From: Eledone cirrhosa
Taxonomy: Eukaryota
Assembly (NCBI GenBank): GCA_964016885.1
Contig: OZ024742.1
Span: 93,806,001 to 93,870,000 of the forward strand
DNA length: 64,000 nt
Direction of reading: 5' to 3'
Below, piece after piece: positions 25,971-39,075 of this stretch (within the stretch, counting starts at the first letter, position 1; the number at the start of each line of letters is the position of its first letter). The translations under genes were made by a program, and so were the position numbers. The notes under the pieces are model-generated. The model did no database searches and was not told the origin of the DNA. It saw only the letters and a program-made list of their open reading frames with translations.

Positions 25971-26441
25971 CATAAAAATGGTAACAAAGGGTTTAAGAAA
26001 AATTTCTCTGTCAAAATCTGAAGTAAACCTGTAGGGCCCAGTGACAGGCGTAATGAAACTCATCATCAGATTTTATTCAGGCAATGTTTTATAGCTGAAT
26101 TCTCTTCCTGTACCAACACTTTTAGTCACCTCTTACCATATGCAGGGATATGGCATCATCATCATCATTTAATGTCCATTTTCCCTGCTAGCAAGAGTTG
26201 TACCTAATCTAATTTGGACACATGCACAACAATGAACGTGAGATAACACAGAGTTATAAAACCAAAACCAAAAACAAAAAAAAAAAGGAATGTAATTAAA
26301 CATGAAGATGAGGAATACACACACGTGTGTGCTGTTGATGTTGGTTTTATAGTCTATGCTTAACAATAGTATTCAGAATCATGTAATAAATGAGGTGTCA
26401 TTTTATTTCCTCTCCATATCTTTGCAGCTTTGGAATCTTAC

Positions 26442-26571
26442 AAATGGTAATTCTCCTTTGTATCTAAATGTAATTATCAAAGCTTTCCATTTAGCAATTT
26501 TGGTCAGAATAGCATTCAGGTATCTTATGCATGCATCATAGTCTCTGGAGACTATTCTTTGGTAATTCATT
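26442..26571 (-). CDS. Candidate coding exon of unknown host gene (130 bp, phase 2-0)
   Basis: tttcatag| ... |gtaaga; open frame MNYQRIVSRDYDACIRYLNAILTKIAKWKALIITFRYKGELPF. Confidence 0.4.
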
Positions 26572-26967
26572 CTATGAAATAGTTACTTCATGTAATCATA
26601 GTCTCAGAACCTAACTTAGCTTTCAATAAAACATTAACAATTTTCTTCTCTCTTATTCTCATTATGTATAGAAAATGAATATCAGTAGATACAAACAGCA
26701 GGGACTATTATATTGTGAAATTTAATTTACAGAGAGTTTGGAATTAATTTTCATTTGAAAAGGAGCCAAAAAGGAAACCGCAATTACATTAATTTATCTG
26801 TAATTAGCAAGTTACTAACACATATATTTCATATGGAGTATAAAAGAAGAACCCATTTTATGTCCAAGCAGAAGTCTTAAATTTTTGAATTTTGTATTAT
26901 TAATACTTAACATAATACAAAGTAATATTTTCTGGCATAATGCTTTATTACTTGGACTATTGTCAGG

Positions 26968-27215
26968 AGATGCATGTGGCTTAGGAGTAAGTCTGCTGTG
27001 TTAATAATTGTAGGACTGTGAGTTCAATTCCCAGATTGGATGATACATTGTGTCCTTGATCAAGACATTTTATTTCACATTGCTTCAGTTCACTTGGCTG
27101 GTAAAAATAAAATGTACCTATAATTCAAGGAGACAGGCTTGTCACACACTGTGTCCAGCAGAATCTTCCTAAAAGCTACATTAAAGGTGTATGTGTTTAT
27201 GAATTGTTCAGAAAT
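26968..27215 (+). mobile_element. tRNA-derived SINE family B with CORE-like box (also about 30545-30800 +, 39517-39652 -, 43508-43760 +)
   Basis: GAGTTCAATTC B box, then TGTCCTTGA(G/T)CAAGACA-TTTATTTCACATTGCT. Confidence 0.7.
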
Positions 27216-29457
27216 AACTGAGGTCCAACAATAACCTCCATTCTACTTTTATTGTTATCTCTTTTGATATGGAAAATAGACACTTTCCAGGTTTATTTGG
27301 TTTATTTTTCATGTTTGTATATATCTTTAGTAATCAGATGTTTTGTTATATATGAGCTATATATTGTGTTAGAGTGTTACGTTAAAAGTTAACTTGTGTA
27401 ATGATGTTGTATTGTGTTTAAGGTTGTATCCTATATTCATCTCTTGAGGTACATCTGCTGACTTTGGAATTATAATAAATATTCTCTCTATTGAGCGATA
27501 TCTGCTGTTTAGGGTGATACACTAAACTGTGTCCTCAGTTTTCATCTGTTGAGATATATCTTCTATCAATGATGTTACTCTAAAGTTTGTTCCAGCTTTC
27601 ATTTGTTGATCTACTTTTCTCTGTCAAAAGTGTTACACTGACAATTATCTGTTGTGTTCATCTGTGGAGCTAAATTAGTTGTTTATGGTGTTACAATAAA
27701 GGTTGTCACCAATTGTCCTTTGATGTTACACAAAAGGTTGTCTCTAGTTTTCATCTATTGTATTACTTCCACTGCCCATGCTTTTATTGTAAAGACTATC
27801 TCTAGTTTTATTCATGAAGCCATATTGGATATGGTAGAAGTTACTTGCTCAGTACATATTTCTGGCCTTCACAGTCAATGTGCTGTGCTTAATGTTATTA
27901 TCAGTATTTATGTTTTGCTATGTTTGATTTGTAGGATTTTCTCTTGCAATGGATTTTCCAGAATTTGTATCTCAATTTTACAGGTTTGGGGAGGTTTATG
28001 AAGTTTTGATGTCTGTGAAATTTGTGTTTGGTTTCTTAGCAAGAATCAGTGACATTATGTATTTTGTATAACTTTGTTGTTTGTACTTGATTATTCTTAA
28101 TGTGTAGATATTAATGTGTAGGTAGGTGGTAGTTTAAAGACAATGTCATGGAGCACAAAATAAATTAATTTCAAAAACACAAAACACTGCAAACCACAGT
28201 GAGGGAAATCCATCTAAGAGAAGAGTGACTTTGAATAATTACTTGCATAAATGATGGTATAAATAGGAAAGTTGTAACGCAGTATAAACACGCTACAAAG
28301 GAAATGGGAACACCATAATCCCTAAAGAAGGCAACCTATCGAGGAGAGCAGTGACTTTGTATAAAAACTGCAAAGGAGACAGAGATGTTATAAGCTATAA
28401 GGAAGGCAGTAACTCCGAATAAAAATTGACATAAAGGGGGAGGATAAAAATTAGAGGGGGGGATTTCAGTTTTGACAGGGATCTCTTCTAGTGCTGATGT
28501 TACAATAAAAGCACTCAATCGATTTGGTATTTTCAAGGCATCAAGTCAGTAGAACCATGCAAGTAAGGTGAAAAGAAAGTGTGGTAGATGTCAAAATAAG
28601 TAGCATGCTAGACCAATGCCTTGTGGTGTTGGATCATTCCTATTTAAATTCTAATTTCAAATCCCACCAAAGTTAATATTTGCTTTTTCATCCTTTGAAG
28701 AATTATAAAATAAGTATCAGACAAATATTGGAATCGATTTAATCGATTGTATCCCTCCCCACAGAAATTTTGACCTCAACTCAATGAGAGGAATCATTTT
28801 AGAAACACCAAAATCACTCAAGTACTCCTGATATAAATTAAGATATTTTTCAAGCATTGAATTTGAACTACTTCAAGTTTTACATTGATCGAATATTATT
28901 GGGAAAAGCTCAAGTAGTTGATCGATAAATACTCTATTATTTAATTGTAAGATTCATAAAACAAACAGGGTTTACCTTAATACTGGTGTTGAAAGCCTAT
29001 AGTAACCATGGTAACTATGTATATCTGAACTATTAAAAAAAATGCGTATTTTAATATCAAAATCGAAATCAATTAAAATAAGATTTAATTGATGATTTCA
29101 AAATTAATTTAATTTAACTTGATTTAATTTCTTAAATTCAATGTAGTAATATTTTAATTAATTGAATTTTGTATTCATTTGTATTTATATTTGGTTTCCT
29201 TAGGTTCTAATAATGTTTCAAGGCTGATCTTAAGGTTAGCAAAACAGTTTCTTCAACAATAGTATTTAGGAATGCCTTTGTTGTTGATATTATTGTTATT
29301 ATCTTGTTGTTGTTGTGATTGTTGATGCTGTGATTGTGGTTGTTGTTTAGCCCCAGTTCAGCCATGATACAACAAACCTATGAGCAAATGCACCCCGCCT
29401 GTAACTCTCACATATATATATATTAGACTATATATGCCATTATTCTTTTAAGAAAGA

Positions 29458-29846
29458 AGCATATATTCTTGAATATAAGACGAGGAATTAGTGACCAAAT
29501 TATCAATGGTAAAAGCGGGTTGGATTATATTCAGGGTCAATATTTTGACAATTTTCACCAACTCCAAATTCTCTGTAAATAAGGTTTAGACTTTTGCCCA
29601 TTTCTCAGTCATAAAATAATTGTTTCTACTTTTGGCACAAGGCCAGCAATTATCCCTATGCATTACTGGTACTTTATTTTATCGACCCCATAAGGATGAA
29701 AGGCAAAGTTAAACTCGGCAGGATTTGAACTCAGACCATAAAGGTCTTTGCTGCAAAGCATGGCGTCCGACCCTCTACCGATACTGCCAATCCACCGCCC
29801 TAGTCATAAAATAATGGGATCTGTTTATATTCAAGTATATATGGTA
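29458..29846. mobile_element. Pogo-like MITE interrupted by a SINE A copy (29621-29801, minus strand)
   Basis: 14-bp TSD AGTCATAAAATAAT at 29607-29620 and 29802-29815; MITE end TATATTCAAGTATATATGGTA. Confidence 0.75.
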
Positions 29847-30835
29847 GACCATGATGTGAAAGAGGTTTAGCTGCTTTCTCTAGCAGGCTGATACTATGTT
29901 GTTTGCTAGTATCTAGTGTTGTGCAGGATAAAATAACTACAAAGAGGTAGTTTGTGATCAAATTATTGAGAGTTTGGCTGTAGAAATCTAAATATTTCAG
30001 TTATAAAGTTATTTTTTGTTCCCAGGTTAGGCCTGATCAAGAAGACATGCCATCAAATCCATTCTAGCCATGTCCTTCATACATATTTTGCAACTATAGT
30101 TTATGTATGATTAGACTATCCAATGAGTCATCTTTGGTTTTCAAAGTGACTTAATCATTTTGATTCCCAAACTATCCATTTTATATGTTTCTTATTTAAA
30201 CTTTCACTAAATTCTTTGCTAATTAATTCAAATACAGTGTATTTCATTAAAATATGAAAAAAAAAAGACTTATAGAGATGTGGTTATTATTTCAAGCAAG
30301 TCCAGGGGCTTCTATATTTCCAAAGTGAAGTACCAGTAATATATTGAGTAAGTCTTTTCACCTTTTGTCTGCCCTAAAATCTGACTTTCTGCTCATCAGA
30401 AGAAACCAACCAACACTATTATTTCATTATGCAACTAATTCATTTATATTCCTAAAGCACAGATGTCATAACTTCTCTTTCTACACTGAATTTTTTAAAT
30501 TATAATTTGATACAATTTAATATTATATACTGTTGCTTACTGTTAGGGGTTTGCGGCTTATGATCGTGATATCATGGGTCTGATTCGTGGACTGGGTTGT
30601 GTGTTGTGTTCTGGAGGCAAACACATCATTTCACATTGCTCCAGTATATTCAGCTGAAACATTGAGTACCAGCAGCAATAGCTGGAGCTTTAATGCAGTG
30701 ATGGCCTGGTCTCCTGTCCAGGGGGAGTCATGTACTCTCAATTGCTTCACACTATGAAAATTGGAATAAGCACTAGCCTAAAGAGACTCTCTGCTCAAGA
30801 CAGACTTCAGGTTATGGAGGAAGAAGAGGAAGATA

Positions 30836-31265
30836 AGCTCTCAGGAGTAATCAATACTGAGTTGAAATGTGATGGATATAAAACGAAGTCTTAACTCTCA
30901 AGAGCACCAAAATTGAGATAAACTATGGAAAATATCACTCAGAAAAAGCCTAAACTCTCAGGAGTCCCAGTATTGAGATGAACTATGGTGAGTATCACTC
31001 ACAAAAAACTCTCAGCATAGTTATAAGTTATGAGTATTTTTATGAAACTCTGACCTCCCAGTATTAAGATGAGCTTTGCTAGACAGACATAAAAATCTAG
31101 CTACACAAATTATCATTATTGAGATGAGATACAGTGACTATTATTAAGAAAAGCCTAAACTCTCAGCAGTAATAGTATAGAGATGAGCTGTGATGAGTAT
31201 CACTGAGCAAAGATTAATTTCCCAGGGCTATTAGTATTGTGTTGATCTGTGGTCAATATCAATAA
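30836..31265. repeat. Degenerate ~58-60 bp minisatellite
   Basis: Recurring AACTCTCAG..AGTATTGAGATGA..TATCACT units. Confidence 0.7.
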
Positions 31266-33949
31266 GCAGATTATTGTTGCTGTAGTTGTTTCTGTCATTC
31301 TTTGTTGTTCTGGGAATATTCAGGTGTTCATATACTGCAACATTTCTCCAAATTCATTTATCATACTGGAATAATGATCATAACAATACAATATATTCAC
31401 TAATATAATTTATACACACTCTCCAGTCCCTCCTTTCCTCCTCTCTGCCCAACACTTTGCTCTTCAGAGAATTCAATTAAACACAACATTTAACAAGGTC
31501 GTTTTCAAAACGACGCTATCTCTCACCAGTGGCATTCAAGCAGATGGCCTTTCATCGGGCCATTTAATTGCGACATTTTAGTCAAGCCATTTAGGTTGGT
31601 CATTTAACTTAAAATGTTGATACGATAAAATGATTTTCTATCTCAGTAAGACATTGGGGGTGAATCATAGGACATTTGCATAACAGTGCTGGGGTGTTGT
31701 CGAGGTGAATTAAATTTAGATCTTAGTACAATCGATATAGCGAAGATTGATAAATGACTGTAATTAGAGATTTGTTCAGCTTGTGACTAAGATCTCATAT
31801 ATACCGTGCCTCTGTTGCTGTGGTATTGTGTCAGACATTATGATTATCATTTACATCATCATCATCATCACCAGCACCATCACTATCATCATCATCATCA
31901 CCATTATTATCAATCTATAAATACATATGTTATAGGGAGTCCTATGCCATATATTTAACACTTTTCAAAACATTTTTTTTTGTAAGTATGTATATTTATC
32001 TAAATTCCTACCATCATAATGTTATGTAAGATCTTCTGTTAAGTTATGTTCCAAATATTAGCTTACTAATGAACAAGTTATTTTATTAAATCCCTCCAAA
32101 CTCATGATTAATTTTCAAATTATTTGAAAATCATTGACGTTATCCTTTCTTAGAAATCTTTTAGTGAAAAGGTAAAAATGTTTATATTTATCTTAAAATC
32201 TTTCATTTTATGTTAGAAATGAGTTATCCCCCACCCCCCTCCCCGAAAAATAATAAAAGAAAATAGTTATTGTAGTAAATCCCTCTGAAAATTATTTGAG
32301 AATGATGGACAGTGTCTTTCATTAGAAATGTAATAATAGCTTCTGATTTAGCCATGCAGCCAAACAATTTTGGGGTAGGAGAAACTTGATTAAATCAACC
32401 CCAGTATGTTACAGGTGCTTTATTTTATCGACTCCCATAATGATGAAATGCAAAGCTAACTGCAGCAGGATTTGAACTCAGAAGATAAAGGAACATAACT
32501 CTAAGTCGTATAAAATAATTCCATATTTTATTCCTTTTATTCTTATAGCGATTTCAGTCATTAAATGTGGCCATGTTAGGGTACCACCTCGAATGGATTT
32601 AGTCAATGATGTTAACTCTTGGATTTATGTGTTTGATATTCAAATCTTGCATCTTGTCATGGAAGAAAAGGGCAGCATCTAAAAACCCAAATGGTTAGAA
32701 ATGAGGCAAAATGGAGAGATTTTAAATAATGAAAGCTATACCCATTTTCACAAGAGAAGACATCTCTCACCCACCCCAAAGGCTATTGCAAATCTCCCTG
32801 TCTGCTGGGGAGAGTTGACAGGTCTGATGGTATGATTGCGGCCCCTATCATTACAACATCAAAATGACCTCATACAACAATCAACTTCACATGTGTGAGC
32901 CATAACAACATCAATACATATACATAAGTAATTTTTTATAAATCAACATTTTATATCGATTTTTCTGTGTTGAAATTTTAGTTATTACTAAATTAGCTTT
33001 AGTTTCTGGGCATTGTTTTTATCAATGACCACACAACCAGGAATGCAAAGTGAATCATATTTGTCATAGAGGTGTAGTTTGTGAAGCAAAGTAAAATTCT
33101 TTGCCTTGTGAACACTGTAGGTACAGTAGTGTGGTTTGAATATAAAACAATACAGCATCTTAAACATGCTACTACAGATTTGCTATACACACAACTGTGT
33201 GACTCTGTATGTGTGCATATAATCTATCTATCTGACTCTTTCTGTCTGTATGTGTAACCCATGCTAGCGTTGAAGCATGGATGTAAAACGGTGATGACAT
33301 TTTGCCTAAATACATATATACATATATGTGTGTGTGTGTATGTGTGTGTGTGTGTATCTTGGTCTTTATCAAATTGACTATATTTTTTTAAGAAAGAAAT
33401 GGTGCAACAGCATCCAACATTACTACGCTCATTCATCCTCAGAACCAATTGGCACAGATCACTAAATAGTTGTTAGTAAATGCAAACTGCACCACAGAAA
33501 AATTCCATCAGTAAATCTTAAATGGAATTCTTTGTCTAACTCAAAAGTTGAAAATGAAATAATAGAAAAATAGACAATCTCACCTGTGAAATCATACACA
33601 ATTTTATTGAAATCAACACTGAGATAGGAAAGCAAACCCTTCCCCAAAAGTAAAAAAATCTTGTTTTCAGAACCCCACTCAGTAATTGCAACTAACTTCA
33701 ATATCTTCCTCTCTAATGGTCCCGACAAACATCTACAAAATGTGTATTGTGAGGAAAAAACCAAAGAATCAATATCCTCCTCATCACCTTCAACTATTGC
33801 AAGTCTACTGACACCCAAAACAATGCATGGCAAAAAAAATTACCAGGTAAAAAGAACTTGGGTGTTACATTTATCAAGAATAAGAAATGTCTGCAAAATG
33901 CTGCAAAGACTGAGTCACTTGTCTTCTAAAGGAACCCAGTGCAGTGGAG

Positions 33950-34556
33950 TTTCACTGAACCATGTGGAGAAGTTCAAGTATCTCAGGGTTGTGTTCTCAT
34001 GTGATAGGAGGCTGAATTAAATGCAACAATTGCAGGAGCTGTTGCAGTTATACTCCAGCTTCAGCATTTGGTCATCGAAAGATAGGAGGCAGGTGTAAAA
34101 GCCATACTTGCTATTTTCCATTCGGTAATTGTGCCAACCCTTACCTATGGTCATGCATCTTGGGTAATGACTGAAAGAATACGATTGTGAATACAATTGG
34201 CTGAAATGGGTTTCCTCCAAACGCTCATTGGATTAATGTTACTTGATAGTATGCATAACTCAGAGATCATGGTGTCACTCCAGTTAGAGCTGCTACTTCT
34301 CCTAATTGCGAAATCACAGTCTGCTATTATGAACATGTTTAGAATGTCTCAGAAAAGAATCAGTGGACACATTTTACAGGCAAAACCAACAGGCAGAAGA
34401 CAAAGGGGTAGATGCCAATCAAGATGGCTGAATAACATCCCTACACTCAGCTGGTTTCTGTTAGGTATCCAGCCAGATCAATTGGAGATCATTGCTTCTG
34501 ACAGGATCTACTGGAAGGCATGCTCGAAAACTCCAACACCACAACCCTCCAAGGAA
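33950..34556 (+). pseudogene. Degenerate RTE-clade LINE 3' fragment
   Basis: VEKFKYL, PTLTYG, AEMGFL, KPTGRRQRGRCQSRW; many frameshifts. Confidence 0.8.
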
Positions 34557-34569
34557 TTTATATATATAT

Positions 34570-34772
34570 ATATGAAAAAAGTCAGGACCCCGACGGCTGA
34601 TTTCCGGTCGTTTTGACAGTTAGATCCAAACAGTTCGGATCTAGCTGTTGAAACGGCTGAAGCTCAGCCATCCGGGACCTGACTTTTTTCATATTACCCA
34701 CTCTAGGTACTCTTAGTACTTAGGGTACTAAGTATCAAGTACTATGGTATCTTACAACACCTTCTTTGTTTG
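34570..34772 (+). mobile_element. Short fold-back element, same family as 12370-12589
   Basis: IR 34570-34693 plus homologous tail; (TA)n flanks. Confidence 0.75.
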
Positions 34773-34905
34773 TTATATATATATATCAGGGGCAAAGGGT
34801 CCGTGCAGGCAGTGCATGCGTTATAGAGTCTTGAGTTGATCAATTGCATCGGTTGAAACAAGCAGAATTTTGGCCGCTTACTAAATCGTAGACACATAAA
34901 AAGAT

Positions 34906-34936
<31 letters not shown>

Positions 34937-35182
34937 ACAAACACACAACAACTTTGGGGCAAGCAGAATTTTGACTGCTTACTAAATCGTAGATACATAA
35001 AAAGATAACACACACATACACACACACTAGATATATAACACTACATGCGGCTTTGACCGGGAGGGTCATTTAGAGGGAACTGGGAGGGGGGTAAAGCTAC
35101 ACAGCCCCACTTTCTTCCATGGCGATTGGACTGCTTTCTAGGTTACCCTTCACTACAGATATATATATATATATATATATAC

Positions 35183-35600
35183 ATAAATTAATAAAAACAA
35201 TGAAATAAAAATAAAGAACAAGTTCCTTATATTAAAAAAATCATCATTTTACGATCGTTTCTGGGATGTATATGTGTGTTGGTATGCATATCATATAGAT
35301 CTATGTAAAAATATTACAAATTTTCAGAGGAAATATACATACCTTCACATATACATAGATCTATATGATATACATACCAACACACATATACATCCCAGAA
35401 ACGATCGTAAAATGATGAATTTTTTAATATAAGGAACTTGTTCTTTGTTTTTATTTCATTGTTTTTATTAATTTATCTTGACTCTGTTTTCCTATCGTAA
35501 ATTTTTGAATGCATCTTCTCTTTTCATATCTTCTATATTTGGATTACATTGAGTTCTTCATACTGATTGGACACTACCGTATATTTTGGTAAATTTATCT
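35183..35600 (+). mobile_element. PLE-type fold-back remnant in (TA)n
   Basis: Arms 35183-35307 and 35352-35476; GAAAC-GATC-GTA at 35398-35409; tail. Confidence 0.75.
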
Positions 35601-35619
35601 ACATATATATATATATATA

Positions 35620-35957
35620 TATAAAGAAAAAGGGATGAAATCGAAAATGCAACTGAAGTCTTATTTTTTAAAAAAATATATATATTTATTTGGTTCCTTT
35701 ACCGGTTTCGCAGTTCTTCTGCTTTTCAAAAGGTGAGTTGAGATGTGAGAAAAACCACAGACCCTCCATCTCAACTCACCTTTTGAAAAGCAGAAGAACT
35801 GCGAAACCGGTAAAGGAACCAAATAAATATATATATTTAAAAAAAAAATAAGACTTCAGTTGCATTTTCGATTTCATCCCTTTTTCTTTATACTTCCACT
35901 CGTGTAGGACACCTCGGTTATTTTTCATTTTGTAAAAAAAAAAAAAAAAAACCTCAC

Positions 35958-35965
<8 letters not shown>
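35620..35965 (+). mobile_element. Second copy of the HHR-bearing palindromic element at 13030-13388
   Basis: Arms 35620-35745 and 35767-35892; HHR 35779-35816; same tail. Confidence 0.88.
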
Positions 35966-36006
<41 letters not shown>

Positions 36007-36258
36007 CAAAAGTGACATAAACAGATACTTAAGTTTGGTTGAGTTATACAGCTAAACTCATTCAGCCTGTTATATAAAAAGAAAGGGCTACCTCCACAGA
36101 TTAATTTGAGGATTTAGAAAAATACATGAGAGTTCTTCAAGGGCATGTCGTATTTAGCTATAAATAAATAAAACTTTTAGATAGTGTAAAGTTAGGTAAC
36201 TCTCAAAAAGAGGGGAAATTTATGCAAAGTTAGTAATTCAAAGAAATTAAATTCCTTG

Positions 36259-36351
<93 letters not shown>

Positions 36352-36354
<3 letters not shown>

Positions 36355-38910
36355 GAGTCGGACAATATAGAGGGACAGTGGGAATTTTTGAAAGCAAACC
36401 TGCTGATGGCGACAGACTAAGTCTGTGGCTGGAGCAGGCCTGTTGGCAGGAGGAGAGTAACATGGTGGTGGAACAGTAAGGTGGAGGGGTCAATTAAGGC
36501 CAAAAAAGCAGGTTTGGAAAGTATGGCGGGATGGGGGAAGTAGAGAAGACTATCAAGTGGCCAGGAGGGAAGCTAGGAGACAAGTGTACTTTGCAAGAAG
36601 GGAAGCAGAGGAAAGAAAGTTCAAGCATGTTCTACGATGCGAGGACCAAAAACGTGAGGTGTTCAGGATTGCTAGGCAATGTGTCAAGGAAAACCGTGAT
36701 ATTGTCGGGGAGAAGTGTGTACTTAATGATGACGGCGTACTTGCCATCACCGATGCTGATAAGAAGGTAGCTTGGAAGTGTCACTATGAAAGGCTAATAA
36801 ATGAGGAGAATAAATGGGAGAAAGACAGTCTCCCCCACATCGACCCAATAGAGGGACCAGCAGTGTTAGTCGAGGGTAGTATAATAAGTAAGGCAATCAA
36901 GGATATGAAGACGAGTAAGGCGGCTGGGCCTTCGGAAATAGTTGCTGAGATGCTGAAGGCATCTGGCACGGTGGGACACACCATGGTCACCCGGATAGTT
37001 AACCAAGTCGTACAGAATGGGGTTGTTCCGAAGGACTGGCATAGCAGCATCATCGTTAACTGTTATAAGGGTAAAGGAGATGCCCTAGATAGGAGTAACT
37101 ATAGAGGCATTAAATTAATCGACCAGGTCATGAAGGTCACGGAAAAAGTAATAGCGCAACTAATCAGAGAGAAAATTGACCTAGATGAAATGCAGTTCGG
37201 GTTTGTGTCAGGCAAAAGTACCACAGACGCTGTTTTCATTGTACATCAACTACAGGAGAAGTACCTAGCTAAAGGTAAACCCCTCTACTTAGCTTTTGTC
37301 GACTTGGAGAAAGCCTTCGACAGAGTCCCCCGTTCCATTATCTGGTGGTCCCTTAGAAAACTAGGTGTTGACGAATGGCTTGTGAGAGCTATGCAAGCCA
37401 TGTATAAAGAAACAGTCAGCAAGGTTAGAATTAACAACGAATATAGTGAAGAGTTTAGCGTAAAAGTTGGCGTCCATCAGGGCTCTGTTCTCAGCCCCCT
37501 ACTATTTATTATTGCCCTTCAGGCTATAACAGAGGAGTTCAAGACCGGCTGCCCATGGGAACTCCTATACGCAGACGACCTGACACTCGTAGCTGAATCA
37601 ATGGCCGAGCTAGAGAAGAAATTCCAAACATGGAAGCATGGCCTAGAATCAAAAGGCCTTAAAATTAACCTGGCTAAGACTAAAGTTCTAGTTTGTAGGA
37701 AAGAAAATAAGGCGGCGGTCCCTTCCGGGAAATGGCCATGCTCAGTGTGTAGGAAAGGCGTAGGTAGAAACTCCCTTTTATGTCCCAAATGCAAAGTATG
37801 GGTGCATAAAAGATGTAGTGGGATCACAGGTAAGCTAACTAAGAACTTAGATTTTACATGTGGGCGGTGCTCTGGGGCAATAAGTAGCAGCAAGTGCCCA
37901 CAAAAATACTAGCTCTTACAACTGCGCAGAGGGCTCTATAGAAATAGTGGACAGCTTCCGTTACCTGGGTGACAAAATCAGCAATGGGGGAGGGTGCTCT
38001 GAAAGTACAGTAGCTAGAGTCAGAACTGGATGGAAAAAGTTCAGAGAGCTTATACCACTATTAGCTGCTAAAGGGTTCTCCCTAAAAATGAAAGGCAGGT
38101 TGTATGATGCCTGCATACGAACAGCAATGTTGCATGGCAGTGAGACCTGGGCATTGTGTGCAGAGGATATACGCAGACTAGAGAGGAACGAAGCTTGCAT
38201 GCTCCGCTGGATGTGTAATAGTAATATACGTGAATGGCAAAGCTTAAACGAACTAAGGAAAAAATTAGAAATAAGAGGGATCAGATGTTGTTTACTCGAG
38301 AGAAGGCTACGTTGGTACGGACACGTGATGCACATGAAAGTCGATAGCTGTATAACAAAGTGCAGGGCAATAAAGATAGATGGTAGCCACGGAATAGGTA
38401 GACCTAGAAAATCCTGGGACGAGCTGATAAACTCCGACCTCACGCACTTACACCTCTCCAAGACAATGTCACTGGACCGAGACCTTTGGCGGTACTCAAT
38501 AATAGAGAAGACCCGCCTTACCTAAATACATAGTAAAACCTACTACAGCCAGTAGGCATCTCTAACAAAATACACCCCCGTCCCACCACCCCCACCCCAT
38601 CCACACCACCCCCTCCTATGTAAAGTTATGTTGGTGCCACACCATCCAGGCCGAAACAAATGAGATCGTGTAGGTGTCACGACAAATAAACACACAGTCC
38701 ACGCTGTAATGTGGCCGTGTAGGCAACACGGTAAAAACCTCCCAGACCCACACTGTAAATGTGGTTGGTGTTAGGAAGGGCATCCAACTGTAGAAAACCT
38801 GCCAGACAGTCATATGCGAGCAAGACAATCACTCTTGCCTCAAGTGGGAATACCCCCGTCCAAACCCATGCAAGCGTGGAACACGGACGTTAAACGTTGA
38901 TGATGATGAT
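36352..38910 (+). mobile_element. RTE-clade LINE, 5'-truncated; RT ORF 36557-37912, frameshift, then 37947-38525; (GAT)n tail
   Basis: NYRGIKL, QFGF, FVDLEKAFD, GVHQGSVLSP, LLYADD, FRYLG, RRLRWYGH, GRPRK; C4HC3 finger after the RT. Confidence 0.95.
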
Positions 38911-38913
38911 ATA

Positions 38914-39075
38914 TCATCACCATTTTACGTCAATTTCTTCACGCTAGCATGGGTTAGACAAGTTGTGGGCAATGCTAGGTCAGGTGACCATATCTTGAAC
39001 GTATAGAAATGATTTTGGCTTGGTTTTCACAGCTGGATGCCCTTCCTAATGCCAACCTAAGTTACAGTGAGTGCA
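38914..39075 (-). mobile_element. RTE 3' UTR fragment (related pieces at 39340-39495 -, 40093-40204 +, 50630-50840 +)
   Basis: Shares GGAAGGGCATCCAGCTGT and CCCATGCTAGC..GACGT..(GAT)n with the RTE UTRs. Confidence 0.75.

Noticed and set aside
30836-31265. CRISPR-like array
   Set aside because: Whole units are degenerate copies with no constant repeat and unique spacer; eukaryotic context.
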